Below the pieces are notes generated by a model that did no database searches, was not told where the DNA came from, and was given only the letters and a program-made list of their open reading frames with translations. Source: Diplonema japonicum (Eukaryota; Protista; Euglenozoa: Diplonemea). From it: a stretch of 64,000 bases of DNA. The stretch's first letter is position 1, and the number at the start of each line of letters is the position of its first letter. Made by a program: the position numbers and the translations under genes. Of the stretch, positions 9,422 to 22,000 are shown piece by piece. The stretch is taken from positions 124,001-188,000 of the forward strand of contig OZ025755.1 in the NCBI GenBank assembly GCA_964019335.1, in the 5' to 3' direction.

Positions 9422-9729
9422 GGGGTTTTCTATATGTGTTTTTTTTTAAACCTATTGGGAAAGGGATCAAGAGGGGAGGGGGTGCTGTTATCCTAATTCC
9501 TAATTCTCATCTCACTTCTGACACACACAAAACACTTAACAAAGTCTTGCGGCGTATTGGGGTGGATTTCCTTTCCTCCAAGCACCCTTCCTTTGCGATT
9601 GGGGGAAACAAAAGAAGAAAAAAACACACAACAAAAGACTTTAAAAAAAATGTGATTGTGATAAAAGTGGAAACAAAAGAAAGAAAAAGGAGGGGGTATT
9701 TTTTTGACGGGGGGGGGGGGGGGGGGGGG

Positions 9730-10780
9730 CTATAGATGAAACCTTGTTCTGCTCTTGTCCATTTCCTTCTTTTTCCTGAACCACTCGTACTCTCCGTGGG
9801 TCGGATCGAAAAGGCCCGCCTGAAGGGAGCGGAGTCTGAGGGTGAATCGGGGGCCCATCTCCTGGAGGCGTACTTCCTCGCCTTGAAAGAGGTATCGGTG
9901 AGACCTGACAAAAATAAAATCACGGTGATTGTGGAAGGTGGTCACGGCACGTCCCTTGTCGTCCTGTTCACGAGGGAAAAGCGCTTGGAATTGCCTGCTG
10001 ATACGTTTTCCAAGCCTGGTGGTGAAACCCTTCAACAAAAGCCGCGGGTGATGCTCGGATCGCTGTGCCGGCTCGTCCAGCTCATCATGCATCACAACAG
10101 AGGAAATCCGGTACCAGTGGGTCGGACCCTGAGGGAGATGCGTCATAATCATCGAATCTAATTTTTTTTTTTTATTTTATTTTTTTAAATCTCATACAAG
10201 GTTTCCTCTTCGAACCACCGCCGGAATCACCAACAATCATGATATCTGTGTAGCCCCTGTTCACACAGTACTGAGTTATTTGCCGTATTGTGTAGCCGCG
10301 TCGTTCGAAAGATTCGCTGTTTGGGAGTAGCGCGACGAGTTCCTCCACGAATCGCCTGGTTCTTGGGCAAGGGTCCTTCTGCGTCGTGATCATAATGTTA
10401 GGTTCGACATCATCCTTGTAATATTCCTGGTACTCGTCGTCTGCCTCGTCCGCCTCTATCTCTTCATCGCTTGACACCACGAATGTGTCGTCAGCCTCTC
10501 TCATGTTATCTGTCGTCCTCGGGACCTGTACGGGTACTGCCGCATCGCCGTGTTCTTCCCGTTCCTTCTTCCGCTTCTCCCTCCTCGCCAGCTTCCTCAC
10601 GTTTTTCTCGAGCTTGTATTTTTGGTAGTACTTTATCCTCGCGATCTTGCTCTTCTGGTCGCCGGAGAAGTTGATCTGGTTCGGGGCGATCTCCTCATCC
10701 GTCGCGTTCAAGGATTTTCTAATAATCCCGATTTTCCGCTTTTTGTTGCCGCCCGTGGTGGGCGCTTCACGCTTTGGCAT
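9730..10780 (-). CDS. RPF1: Ribosome production factor 1 (Brix domain); exons 10780-10198 and 10157-9730, 336 aa
   Basis: A 40-nt GT-AG intron (10158-10197) joins ..SKRKP-Y-SMIMTHLPQGPT..; Brix signature LQEMGPRFTLRLRSLQAGLFD; C-terminus SRTRFHL. Confidence 0.92.
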
Positions 10781-10953
10781 TTCTTTTTTTTTTTTTCTTT
10801 TTGACTTTCCTCCCCTCGCCCCCCCCCCCCCACCACACTTATATTACTTTTTTTTTTCTTTTTGTTGTTGGTGTGTACTGTGGTGTCAAATGGTAAAGTA
10901 AAGAAAGAGAGAGGGTAGAGAGAGAAAAGAGAGGTCTCTACTTAATTTTTTTT

Positions 10954-11412
10954 TCAAAACCGTTCTTTGCAATCATCGTCCACCCAAGCACAGAGCTCCA
11001 GTTCGTTTCCGTCCGGGTCGTGGAAAAAAAGGGACAGCTGCGCACCGTAGTCCTCAGCTTCGATTTCGGTTGTTTGTTGTGGGTGCGCCCTGTGCTCTTC
11101 GAGGATGGTTGGGAGCTCTTTGTACAATCTCTGGACCTCCTTGTGGGTGACACGAAGTGCGGCGTGCCCTTTGTTGCTCCTGTTTCCGACAAGGGGGGAC
11201 GATCCTTCGGGGATGCGCAGCAGGGCGAAAACAGCATCCCCTGCCTTCACCATGGCAAGGTCATCGTCGCTGAACTGTTTGTGGTCAGCCATGAAGGGCT
11301 GCATCCCCAGAACACCCTCGTACCACTTCTTGCTCTGCGCCAGCGACGTCACTCCTATGGCCACATGATCGTGGCGAAGGACCTTAGCCGCCGTGTGACG
11401 AACCGCCTTCAT
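10954..11412 (-). CDS. VOC / glyoxalase-bleomycin resistance family protein
   Basis: DHVAIGVTSLAQSKKWYEGVLG, GHAALRV and SLFFHDPDGNELEL. Confidence 0.9.
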   Translation of the reverse strand: MKAVRHTAAKVLRHDHVAIGVTSLAQSKKWYEGVLGMQPFMADHKQFSDDDLAMVKAGDAVFALLRIPEGSSPLVGNRSNKGHAALRVTHKEVQRLYKELPTILEEHRAHPQQTTEIEAEDYGAQLSLFFHDPDGNELELCAWVDDDCKERF

Positions 11413-11957
11413 CACTACTGAAACGAAAGATAGAGATGTATTTAAAAAAAAAAAAAAAAATGAAAAATTTAAAAAAAAAGAGAAAAAAAAAGAAATCCCC
11501 GCCCTAGAAAGAGCGGGTGGAAGGAGGGACTCAAGTCAAACGGCGCTCAGCGACCACCACAGTGTTCCAAGTACATGGGATGGGGTGTCTGTAGTCAAAC
11601 AACACATTGGAGTGATCTTCTAACATGTGCGGCGTCACCTCTCAGGCATGCCATGCCTGGTCCTCGTTTCCTCGCGGTGTGGGGGGGGGGGGATCTTTTT
11701 TTTTTGCCAAAGCCAAATGCGATCCATATTACCCCTGTTTTGAGAGGTGTGCCTGGATGATGAAGAAACCTCGCTTAAGGGGAGGTTTCGTTACGCACCT
11801 AGACCCGGCCAAAGGTCTTACGTGCCCTGGAAAAAAAATAAAAAATAAAAAAAAAATACAATGGGCGAGTAATTTTTCTTTTTTTTTTGACAAGAAAATG
11901 TCAAAAACAAGATTATTTTTTTTTCTTTCTTTTTTCTAGAACGTTATTATCGGAAAA

Positions 11958-12006
<49 letters not shown>

Positions 12007-12021
12007 ACCCCCTCCCTCCCC

Positions 12022-13626
12022 TTAGCAGCGGAACCCATGCGCCCGTAGCAGAACCGCTGCCTTGTCCACTCTAAGTGGCGACGACAAGGTGGGCCGGCGG
12101 TGTTTGGTGTTTTTTGCGACCTCTTCGCTCTCGAGGGCAGCTCTCTCTAGGTCGCTGGCCTTGAATTCATCCTCTTGCGCATGGTTCGACGAGACTACAG
12201 GCCCAGTTCGCGGAAAGAACTCGAGCAGCCCAGCGTAAGGGTCAACCAGAGGACTGGCCAAAGCACTGGCTACATGCTTTGTTGGCGGGATGTACCCATA
12301 GTAGTGGAGGAATAACTTCCGATCTATCGGTGGCTGTGGGATCGCCCGTGTAGGCTGTTTGTCATGCCTGGCAGTGTTTGGTTTAACTGGAACGAATTTG
12401 GGTGGGTGAGGTGGGTTTTCTTGTGTTTGAGACACAAAGGTGGTGTCCAAGGAAAACTGCGACTTGAGGTTGTCCAGCCCGCACCCCATTGGAAGGCCAA
12501 CCCGTTCCAGTTGGCCAGCGTGTGTGGGTGTCTTTGAAGCGCAGTACCCTTTCCGCCTTTGATACCGTTGTTTGTGCTTCATCCACCCCTCTGCTGGTTT
12601 TTCTACAGATATTTTCAACGTCTTTCTCCTCCTCTCATAATATCGCTTCTCCGCAATGTGTTCTGACACACCGCCACCACATTTTTTTTTCAGCGGTGAC
12701 AACACGGCAGACGTGGTGGCAAGATTGACAGTGCAGTTCCCCAATACAGCTGCCAACGACGCTCTCTTTAAGCGAAACGCGGAATGGTTAGCTGATAGTA
12801 AAAGATGTGGGCTGCCAGTGGGGGATTCAGGGATACGCTGCAGCAAGGATGCTGTTTCACATCCGGGGACGAGGAGCATAGGGGCCTCGGTGCAAGTTGA
12901 TGATGATGGACGGGTTTTGTCTTCAATCACCAAAAGGGTTTCAAAGGCCTGTAGGTCGGTCGGGTTTCGCTGGTACTTCGCAAGGGATCGTCGGACCCTT
13001 GCACCGAAGAGCTGGTCCCCTGTGTCGAGGGCGGTGAACAATCGTTCTTTTCGTTTCAGGATACTGTGGATCGCATCAATGTTGCCGTCGATCTCGGAGA
13101 GAAGCTCCGCGATCTCCGAATTGTCCCAATTTAGTTCCTTGCACCTCTCGGCGACAAAATGCGGTGTTAATTTGTTTGTTCCGTTCTCTGCTGCGCGTTG
13201 GTTTAAACTAGATTCCGGAGTCCGCAGGAATTCTTTGAATTGGCTGAACGCGTCGTTATCCTTGCTGTCCTTGGGTTGGAGCGACAGGGTCAGCCCGTAG
13301 CTTGCCATGAGCTCGTTGATCTGATCGAAGCTTTGCTCTGCAGCGTCGAAGGCTTCCTTGCTGTCATCGCCCTTCTCGGAGAGCTTTTTTTCCCGTAAAA
13401 AGCGCATTTTTTCATCGTAGACTGCTTCCATGAACCTATCGTAGGATAGTGATGCGGTGTCGAAGTACTTCTCGTAGTCCTCTCGCTCCCCCACGGGGTT
13501 GATCTTGCATAGGTGCATCATCGCCTTCAAGCCTTCTACATCGTGGATATCTTCCTTCCTCTCTGTTACCAGCTGCGCCCACTCTTCTGTGATCAGCCGG
13601 TGCTCGTCTTTTGTAAAAGCCGACAT
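12022..13626 (-). CDS. Hypothetical protein with degenerate EF-hand-like N-terminal region
   Basis: 534-aa ORF; LSYDRFMEAV, DDSKEAFDAA and AFSQFKEFL resemble EF-hand helices; low-complexity C-terminus. Confidence 0.7.
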   Translation of the reverse strand: MSAFTKDEHRLITEEWAQLVTERKEDIHDVEGLKAMMHLCKINPVGEREDYEKYFDTASLSYDRFMEAVYDEKMRFLREKKLSEKGDDSKEAFDAAEQSFDQINELMASYGLTLSLQPKDSKDNDAFSQFKEFLRTPESSLNQRAAENGTNKLTPHFVAERCKELNWDNSEIAELLSEIDGNIDAIHSILKRKERLFTALDTGDQLFGARVRRSLAKYQRNPTDLQAFETLLVIEDKTRPSSSTCTEAPMLLVPGCETASLLQRIPESPTGSPHLLLSANHSAFRLKRASLAAVLGNCTVNLATTSAVLSPLKKKCGGGVSEHIAEKRYYERRRKTLKISVEKPAEGWMKHKQRYQRRKGYCASKTPTHAGQLERVGLPMGCGLDNLKSQFSLDTTFVSQTQENPPHPPKFVPVKPNTARHDKQPTRAIPQPPIDRKLFLHYYGYIPPTKHVASALASPLVDPYAGLLEFFPRTGPVVSSNHAQEDEFKASDLERAALESEEVAKNTKHRRPTLSSPLRVDKAAVLLRAHGFRC

Positions 13627-14087
13627 TTCTCTCTCTCCTCCCTCTCTTCTCTCCTCCCTCCCCCCCTTTTTCCCTCCTTTAGTTTTTCTTTTTTTTCTTT
13701 TTTCCCGTTGCTCGTCCGCTCATTCTCCCTAATTTTTTAAAGAAAAAAAAAATATGACAAAAGAAAAAAAAAAGGTCAGACCCTCTCTTAATCAATTTAA
13801 TAAAACTTGTAGAGGGGGGGGAGGGGGAGGGGGGTAGTAGGGAGGGTTTTTAAAAAAAGAAAAAGAAAAAAAAAACTTGGCATGCGGTGCCGAAGTTCAA
13901 GTTTTGTCGACCCGATATGAAAATGGGCCACTTTTTTTTTTTGTTTTTTTTAAAAAAAAAAAACTTTGGGGGAGAAAAAAAAAAAAGCCAACATGCAATG
14001 ATAAACACACTCCCCCCTTCCCTATTCCTTCCCCCTCAACTTTTTTTTCTTCTTTTTTTCTCACTCCTCCCCCCCCCCTTTTTTTTC

Positions 14088-17000
14088 TTAAAACCCCGGG
14101 AAACAAAGCCCGTTTTGCTGACCTGACGAATCGTCGTCCTTCACAAAATCGAAATCGAAAAAGGCTGGCGCGGGCTCCGCTTGTTTCCCCTCGGCAAACT
14201 GCCTTTCAAAATCGTCCGTGTGTTCACCACAGGGATCAGCAGGCAAGGTAGGGACACCATTACCCCATAGGTCATCGGAAAAGAGTGCGGAGGTTGCTAG
14301 TGGGATATCGCCAACAACACCTAAACTGTCGAAGGTTTCGAACTCTGCAGGGTCTTCTTTCAGCTGACTAAAGCTGCTCACAGGGATTTGATCTGGCGGT
14401 GAAGGGGACGACCCCAACGCCGCTCTTATGATCTTCATCTGCTCCTTCTGCTGCTCGCAAAACCTCTTCTGTTGCAGAATCATATTATCCAACACCATCT
14501 CCGCAACCGTATTACCCTTCACCTCCGTCTTCAACGATAGAAGATCCTCCCTCTTGATCCCGTCGACCGTCCAAATATCTTCCAGATTATCATGAATCGC
14601 CTGTCTTCCTTGCATTGTAACATGCTGTTTAGTACACCCTACTCGTTTACATGCCCCGGTGTAAAAGAATTCCATGCATTTTTCCGTAACAGGTTGCGGG
14701 GCAGGGTCTTCTTTTTGCGACGACGTGGAAGTACCGAAGAAGGATAACGGACACGAGGCAGGGGGTATCTCCTTAACCTTCTGAGCCGGTGCAGCGGGTT
14801 GTGTAGTAGGTGGGGGCGACGGTTGTTGTTGTTGTTGTTGTTGTTTTGCGCCTCTTAGCAAACCGACGATTTCCTGGTGTTTGTTGGTGGCGGCTAGTTT
14901 CATCGCGGTCCACCCTCCGGTGAGGGATTCGATGTTTGGGTTTGCTCCGGATTCCAACAGATATCTTACTATTTCTGTTTTCCCGCTTTTACACCCTGCC
15001 ATCAACGCAGTCCAACCCCCTTCGTCCTTCCCGTCGAGCTCTGCTCCATGCTCGTGAAGGTACTGAACAGTGGAGAGGTGCCCGCCTTTGGTGCACGCTG
15101 CGATTATGGATTCGTTTTTGTAGGAGGTTACGTTGACGTTGGCACCGGCTTCAACGAGGTTCTTCACGATATTGAAGCAGCCTGCTTGGGCGGCGGCGAA
15201 GAGTGGCGTCCATCCGTAGCAGTTCGCGGTGTTCAAATCTGCTTTTGTCGCGATGAGAAGCTTCACGATCGCATCGTGTTCCCCCTTCGCTGCGATCATG
15301 ACTGCTGTCCAACCCTTGTGGTTTACGCTGTTGACATCTGCTAAAGAGTATTTCTGCAGCAACACCCTGCAAACGCTTGCGGCACCTACCTTCGCTGCGA
15401 ACATTAAAGGTGTCCATCCGCCCTCTGAAGCTATCGTGACGTTTGCACCGTTGTCAACTAGAAGCTGAACAGCTTCTGATTTCCCGTGGAACGAGGCCGC
15501 GGTGATCGCGGACCAACCTTTAATATTTTGGAAGTCGATCGACGCCTTTGCTTGAATCAAGGCTTTGACCGCCTCACGCTGTCCGTTCTTCGACGCGAAG
15601 AGTAAAGGCGTCCATTTGTCGTCGTTCGTGGCGTCCGGATCGGCTCCGCGATCGGCGAGCCATGTTATCAACGATGCGTTTCCTGCTTTTGCGGCGAGCA
15701 TGATCGGGGCCTCTGAACTGTAATTCTTCACTTTCAACGAAGCACCTTGCGAGTATAAAAGCTCGCAGCATGGAATGGACCCAACCTTACACGCGCACAT
15801 CAACGCCGTCCAACCCGCTTCGGAGACGTTGTGTACGTCTGCGTTGTATTCCAAAAGAAGTTTCGTTGCAGAGATATTATTGTTGTAGCAGGCGATCATG
15901 AGGGCTGTCCAGTGGGATGGGGATTTCTGGTTGACAGGAACACCTGCGTCGAGGAGGACTTTCAGGGTTTCGGTGAATCCGTGTTGAGCAGCGCAGAACA
16001 TGGCGGTTCCACCGGCAGCGCAGCGGCTGTTTAACGCAGCACCATTGTCTTTAAGCGTGCGGACGGTCGCTGTGTGCCCTAATACGCATGCGGTCATGAG
16101 CGCCGTCTCCTTCGCAGAGTTTTTCGCATTGACATCCGCACCTTTTTCTATCAAGAATTTTGCAACAGCCACATTACCAACATGTGCCGCCGTCATCAAA
16201 GGTGTCCAGTCTGTCGGGTCGCGGACATTTACATTGGTGTCGTTGGAATCAATGTATTTTCTGAGATCCTCCACACTTCCCTTCAAATGCTTGAAGATCC
16301 CTGGGGTGGATTGGGTGAAATCCTGTTTGATCTGAATGTGCGGGAATAATCGTTGTTTCGACAGGTAGCTAGCATGCCCGTGGGAATCGTCGGAGTTTTG
16401 CGATTTCATCAAAGCCTGCCATTTTTTTTTGTTTTCCTCGTACTTCGGATCGATGTCGCGTGGTTCTGTGACGGCGGGTGAAGGAAGCGGTGATGGTGGA
16501 AGCTGTGCAACCTCCGCTTCTTTTTCGGCTTCCTTCTCTTTTTCCCGCTCCGCTGCGAGGGCTTGCTGTTCTTCGATTTTTTTCGCGATCTCCCGCTTGC
16601 CCTTGGCATGGCTGTTTTTAATATCCGTGAACCGTTTTGCCTCGTCCTCCTCGAGCTTCACCCGCCTCAGAGGCTCATCCGCAGTAGTTTTCTCGAGGCT
16701 TTTTCGGTTTTCGGAAAGTTGTTTGCTATGTTAATATTTTTTTTTTTTTTTTTTTAAATACCTATAATCGTCGAAGCCATCTCGCATCTTGGACTCGGCC
16801 CGTGCAAGCTCTGCCCTTGCCTCGCGTTCGCCTTTGATGATTTGGTCCAACACCGCCTTGCGCTCTGCGAGTACTCGTCTGTGTTTTTTTTTTTTTTTTT
16901 TTTTTTTTTTCCCCTTCCCATACTTAATCTCGTAAAAGTATTTTGCCTCGATCTTCTTCCTCGCTTCCTCCTCCATCCCAAATTTTGCTTCTCTTTTTTT

Positions 17001-18303
17001 CGTCTCGTCTCTCCTACGGGGGAGGGGGTAATTTATTATAATTATTATTATTCTTTTTTTTTTTTTTTACATACTTCACTCTCTCTGCGTCGTTGCGCAT
17101 CTTCGCCTTGTAGTTCTGCAGAGCGGTCTCTGCTCGTCTGCGTTCTTCTTCCTCTTGTTTCTTGAGGAGCTCTTCTTTTTGTTTTTCCTCTTCCTTGACG
17201 GCGGCGCGGGTTTCTCGTTGCTTTTGCTTCTTTTTCGCTTTTTCGTTTTTAGATTTCTCGGCTTGTTCCCGTTCGAGCTCTTCGCGGAGGAGCTCTGCAC
17301 GTGCTGCCTCTGCTTCACGTTCCCTGTTAGCGGTGTCGGGGTCGTCGGAGTCGTTCGGGCTCGGACCGCTCCGGTTCTGTCTAGCTTTCTTGTCCTCGAT
17401 CCTCCTTGTGCGTTTGTTCTCTTCGTCCTTCTTTTGTATGAGACGAAACGCTTCGGCACGCCTGGCACGGATTTTCGCTTCAGCTAGATCGCTCGATTTG
17501 CTTGTTTTTTTCCGTTCTTTTTGGCGTTCTTTCGACGACTCTCGTGCTTCCTCGTCTTTCATTAGTTCAAGCCGCAGCGTCTCCGCTTTCTTCGCTCGAT
17601 CCTCGACGTGTGTCGGGATGCTGTACGGGTGCGATCCATTGTGCGTCATCTGCAACGCTCTCCGTTCATTGAAATACAAACATTTTGGAACGTGTTCCTT
17701 CCGTACATGCATGACGGGGAGGCATTGCTGCCCGGTTCCGCCTGGCACGGGAACGTGGAACAACGGTATGTCGATGTCGGTGATGGATTTCCCCATTTCG
17801 TGGTACAGAGTTTCAAAGAGTCGTTCGGCTGCGGATGGGTGGATGCCGAGGCGTATGAGCGACTCCGTGTCCTGTGTTTCGAGCAAAGAAGGTATGTCCC
17901 AAATATGTTCTGCATGGAGCTGGGTAATGTACTGTTGCATGTCGCCCTCATCAACATCCCAATCTAGGTCTTGTAGAAAAACCTCTAACGGAATTTCTGC
18001 AAGCGTTTTCTTCAGAAGGTACACTCCTTGTGAGGTGTGTCCTTTCGTGTCCCTTAGCATGCAGTCGTACAAGGTAATCAGCATGTACCCTTCCATCACG
18101 TCGCCGAGGACGGACTGCTCGTCGATTCCGAGGTACCCGTCTACAACTTGTGAGACGGCTTCGCGGGCTTCGCCCGGGTCTTGGAAGGGTTTGGTGCACA
18201 TTATCGAACGGTGTCCCAGGCCTTTCCCGCCCCCAATGTACTCTTTGCATAGATCACACCTCTGCGAGGTTGTGACTTCTCGAGGACTTGCCAGTGCGGG
18301 CAT
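14088..18303 (-). CDS. SAM-like / coiled-coil / ankyrin-repeat / CCCH-finger protein; exons 18303-17075, 17013-16924, 16878-16762, 16725-14088 (1357 aa)
   Basis: Three GT-AG introns (17014-17074, 16879-16923, 16726-16761) join three ORF-track pieces in frame. About 14 GWT(P/A)LM.A ankyrin repeats; CMEFFYTGACKRVGCTKQH; MQQYITQLHAEHI..LIRLGI. Confidence 0.88.
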
Positions 18304-18510
18304 TTCCCCCCTTCTCCCCCCCCCCCCCCCCCCCTCCTCTCGTCTCGCTCTCCCCCTTTTTGTGTTGGTATAAAATTTTAATGTAGATAGATTTTTTTAT
18401 TTTTATCTAAGAACAAAACTAATATTTCTACAAAAATATAAAAAAAAAACTTTTTTTTTCTCTATTTCGAAAAAGCCCGGTAGCACAGAAATTGAGGGGA
18501 AAGAGAGCTG

Positions 18511-18521
18511 AGTGTGTGTGT

Positions 18522-18552
<31 letters not shown>

Positions 18553-18557
18553 GGGTG
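18511..18557. repeat. (GT)n microsatellite running into poly-G
   Basis: Directly visible. Confidence 0.9.
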
Positions 18558-18647
18558 CTACTGCTATTCTATCTATGAAAAAAAGAAAAGAAAAAAACGA
18601 TCTAAGACTCTTTTTTTTTTTTCTTCTTCTTTTTTTTCCGTTGTGCT

Positions 18648-19025
18648 TCAAGGTGCACCGCAGTTCATGTTCAAAATGTTGAACAAGTAAAAGTTCCAGA
18701 TGTTGGCCCATTTTTCACATTCTTTGGGATTCTGTGCCTCCAGAACAAGGACCTTGGCACGGCCGATGATACAGAACACGCTGAGTGGGTCGAGACCTAA
18801 AGAAAGAGTTTCCGCGCCCCCCTCCCTTTCCCTCATTGTTACATACTTCTTGACAGCATATATCTGACCACCGGCTGCGTTGCAATTTCAGGTGCAATGC
18901 CAATGACCACTTTGGTCACACTCCGCACGGGCACACTCCCAGCCTGTGAGTGATTCTGTGGTGATCCGCTGCGAAGAGAAGCCGGTGTCCACAAAATCCA
19001 CTGACAATCATGAGACAAGAACAGG

Positions 19026-19063
<38 letters not shown>

Positions 19064-22000
19064 CATTACCTTTCCAGCACCGCGCCCGACGATACAGAAT
19101 GCCTTCTGAAGACCTCGCCCTGCATCACCATCTTCCTTGCGTCCTCCCACAGCTGTTTGTTCTCTTCGGCCGTTCGTGTAACAAAGTTCGGGTTATAGCT
19201 TGTGTGGTGCTCCCTTTCCCCCTCCTTCTCCTTCGCGGCGGGGTTGGACACCAGCAACTCACGTGGTGCGCGAAGCTTGGTAGAGTTGCCATATGAGAAT
19301 TCAGAACCACCAGAAGCAGATCGCGGGCCCGACACTGGCCAGTCTTCCCTGCTTGCCTCCACTGTGGGAGTAAGGGTTCGTTTGTATGAAGCACGCGGGG
19401 TTTTCACGTCCTTCTCCCACACAGGTGTACGCCTTTCATCGGACCCGACAGGTGTCTGATTCTCCGAGGGTCGGTATGACCCCACAGACACCCCTGGGCT
19501 CAGCTGCTGTACCGGGTCGTACCTCACGCTTGGAGGGTCGCTCGTGGCGGTTTCCGTTTGCTGCGCCACAGTGGCGCGGGCCACTTCCTTCGTCGCCACG
19601 GCGTGCTGGACCCCTGTCCTGTCCCAACACGGCCCGTTCCTCTCCATCTCCTCCAGCAGCGGGTACGACGACCTCGGCACCTTCGCAGGCCCCACCGAAG
19701 CCACCCCGTTGTAAGGAACGTACGATGCCTGCATCACAGGCGGTCCCGACGACAGTGGCGCGGGTTGCACGCTTTCAGGAACGGGTTTTTCTTCCTCTTC
19801 CTTCTTCTGTCCCACAGACATCAACTGCACACTGTTCGCAGGGCGCCGTCTTGGTGGCGGCCACGACACGGTGGGGACCTTTGTCTGAGCAAGCTGCACA
19901 GGTATTTGCGGGTTTGCCTGTGGCGACAAGGAAACAGGTGCCTGTGGGGACAATGAAACAAGCGGCTTCGTCTCCACAACTGGAACAACAGGTTCCAGCC
20001 TCACGGGGGCAGCAGGTAGAGAGGGCAGAGGCGGGGGGGGAGACGTAACGCGGTCCTCCTTCACCTCTGTGATGACGACGCGGTTGTCCTTCTTCCACTT
20101 CCCGTCGCAGGCGGAGTCCCACTCTAAATCGTGGGGCGGCCTCCCGTAGTGCGGCACGGACGACTGCAGCACACCAGTGTCCTTAACTACGTCCAAAGGG
20201 TCGTCGACCACTGTCCAGTACCCGTGCGACGTTGCATACAAACGGCGTCCTTCATTCCCCCAGCTGGGCCATCCATTGACACGCTCCCGCTGCATGTGGT
20301 ACAGACCGGATACACAGGTAAAAGGCGGAGGGACGCTGAGCCTAAGCACAGGAGGCTGATGCGCTGGTGCAGTTGACACACGCGGGGAGCGCAAGACATG
20401 CGCAGATATGGTAGAGGCAACAGAGGGCACAGGTGCGGGGACAGGAACAACAACAGGAGCTGCCGACACTGGTGCTGACACAGCCACGGGAGCGTCGTAC
20501 CTTGTGGGTGTGCGTTGCGGTGTGTGAACTAGAGGAGGCTGTGGCTGCGGTTTCGGTACTACACGAGGTCTGGACACGTTGTCCTGTACTGTGAGGACAG
20601 ACGGGACAGATGGGAGCGACTCGCAGATGCTGTCTGGGGGTGGAGGGCTCTTGGTGCGTTGGGCAGTTTTCGAGAACAACGGGGTGTCGTGCATCATCTG
20701 ATCGACAGACCGTTCCCGCCTGCTGGACTGCGCGGCGCGGAGCGCTTCTGCTTTGTTCAAAGCCTGCTGCAACTGATCCGCCATAACAGTTGCACGGCGG
20801 GCAGCCTCCTCCGCAGCTCTGCGGCGTGTTTCGTTCTCTGCTTTCCTACGCATTTCCTCTCCTTTGCGATGCGATTCTTCTTGCTTGCGTCGTGCCCGTT
20901 CCTCTTCTTCAGCCTGTGCTCGGACTTCCTCTTCCATCTGCGTGCGTTCCTGGTCCCTTCGAAGCTGTTCTTCAAAAAGGCGGCGTTCGGTGGAGCGGTT
21001 TGCTTCTTCTTCCATCTGTTTTCTCCATAAAGCCTCCTCTTCTTCTTTTGCTCTTCTGGCTTGTTCCATTTTTCGCCGTTCTTCTCGGCGTTCTTCTTCC
21101 CATTTTGCTTCTTCTTCGCGTGCGAGGCGCTTCTCCCGTTCCCATGCTTCGCGTTCGTCTGCTCTGTTCTGGTGGCGGAGGCGGAGCCATTCTTCTTCTT
21201 CTTGTCTTCGTTGTTCCCACTGCCTGGTTTCTTCTTCCGCTTGTTTTTTTTTCTTCTGGGATTCGAGTTCGAACTGTTTCATGCTTTCCTTCTGCGAGTT
21301 CAGTTCCTCCTCCATGCGGAGGCGGCGCTCTGAGGCTTGTTTCTGAAGGAGTTCTTCTTCTTCTCGCCTTCTGCGCACCATAGCTAGTTCCTCTTCCCAC
21401 AAAATGCTGCGTTCTGACTCCTCTTCCTCCCTCCGTTGTTTTGCCTCGGATAGTTTTTTTTCCTCGTTGTCGCGTTCGGTCTCCCACTCCCGTTGTCTCC
21501 GTTCAAGTTCTTCTTGAAGTTTTTGTTTTTCACCCTTGATTCGTTCTTCCTGGGCCAGCACGGCTTCTCGTTCCTCTTGTCTTTTTCGTTCTTCTTCGAG
21601 AAGTCTTTGCTCTTCGGCGGCCCTCCGTTCTGCCCATAGTGTTTCTTGCTCTTTTCGTTTTTCTTCTTCCTCCTCCCGTCTGGCTCTGTCTTCTTCCTCT
21701 CGGAGCCGCCATCGTTCGCGTTCTTCGTCCTGGCGTTTATTTCGAGATTGCTCTTCTTGCTCGACCCGGCGTTGCTCTTCTTCTTCGATTTGTTTCAGGC
21801 GTTCTTCCTCCGCTGTTTTTCGTCTGGCGAGCTCTTCTTCTCGGAACCGTTCTTGCCGTTGCCGGAAGTTTTCTTCCTCCTCTTCTTGTTGTTTCTGCCG
21901 GCGTTGGAAGGCTTCCTCCGCTTCGTCTCGGCGTCGCTTGCGCAGTTCCTCCTCTGCTTTGAGCCGTTCCATGCGGAGCTTTTCAACCTCTGCTTCTTCA

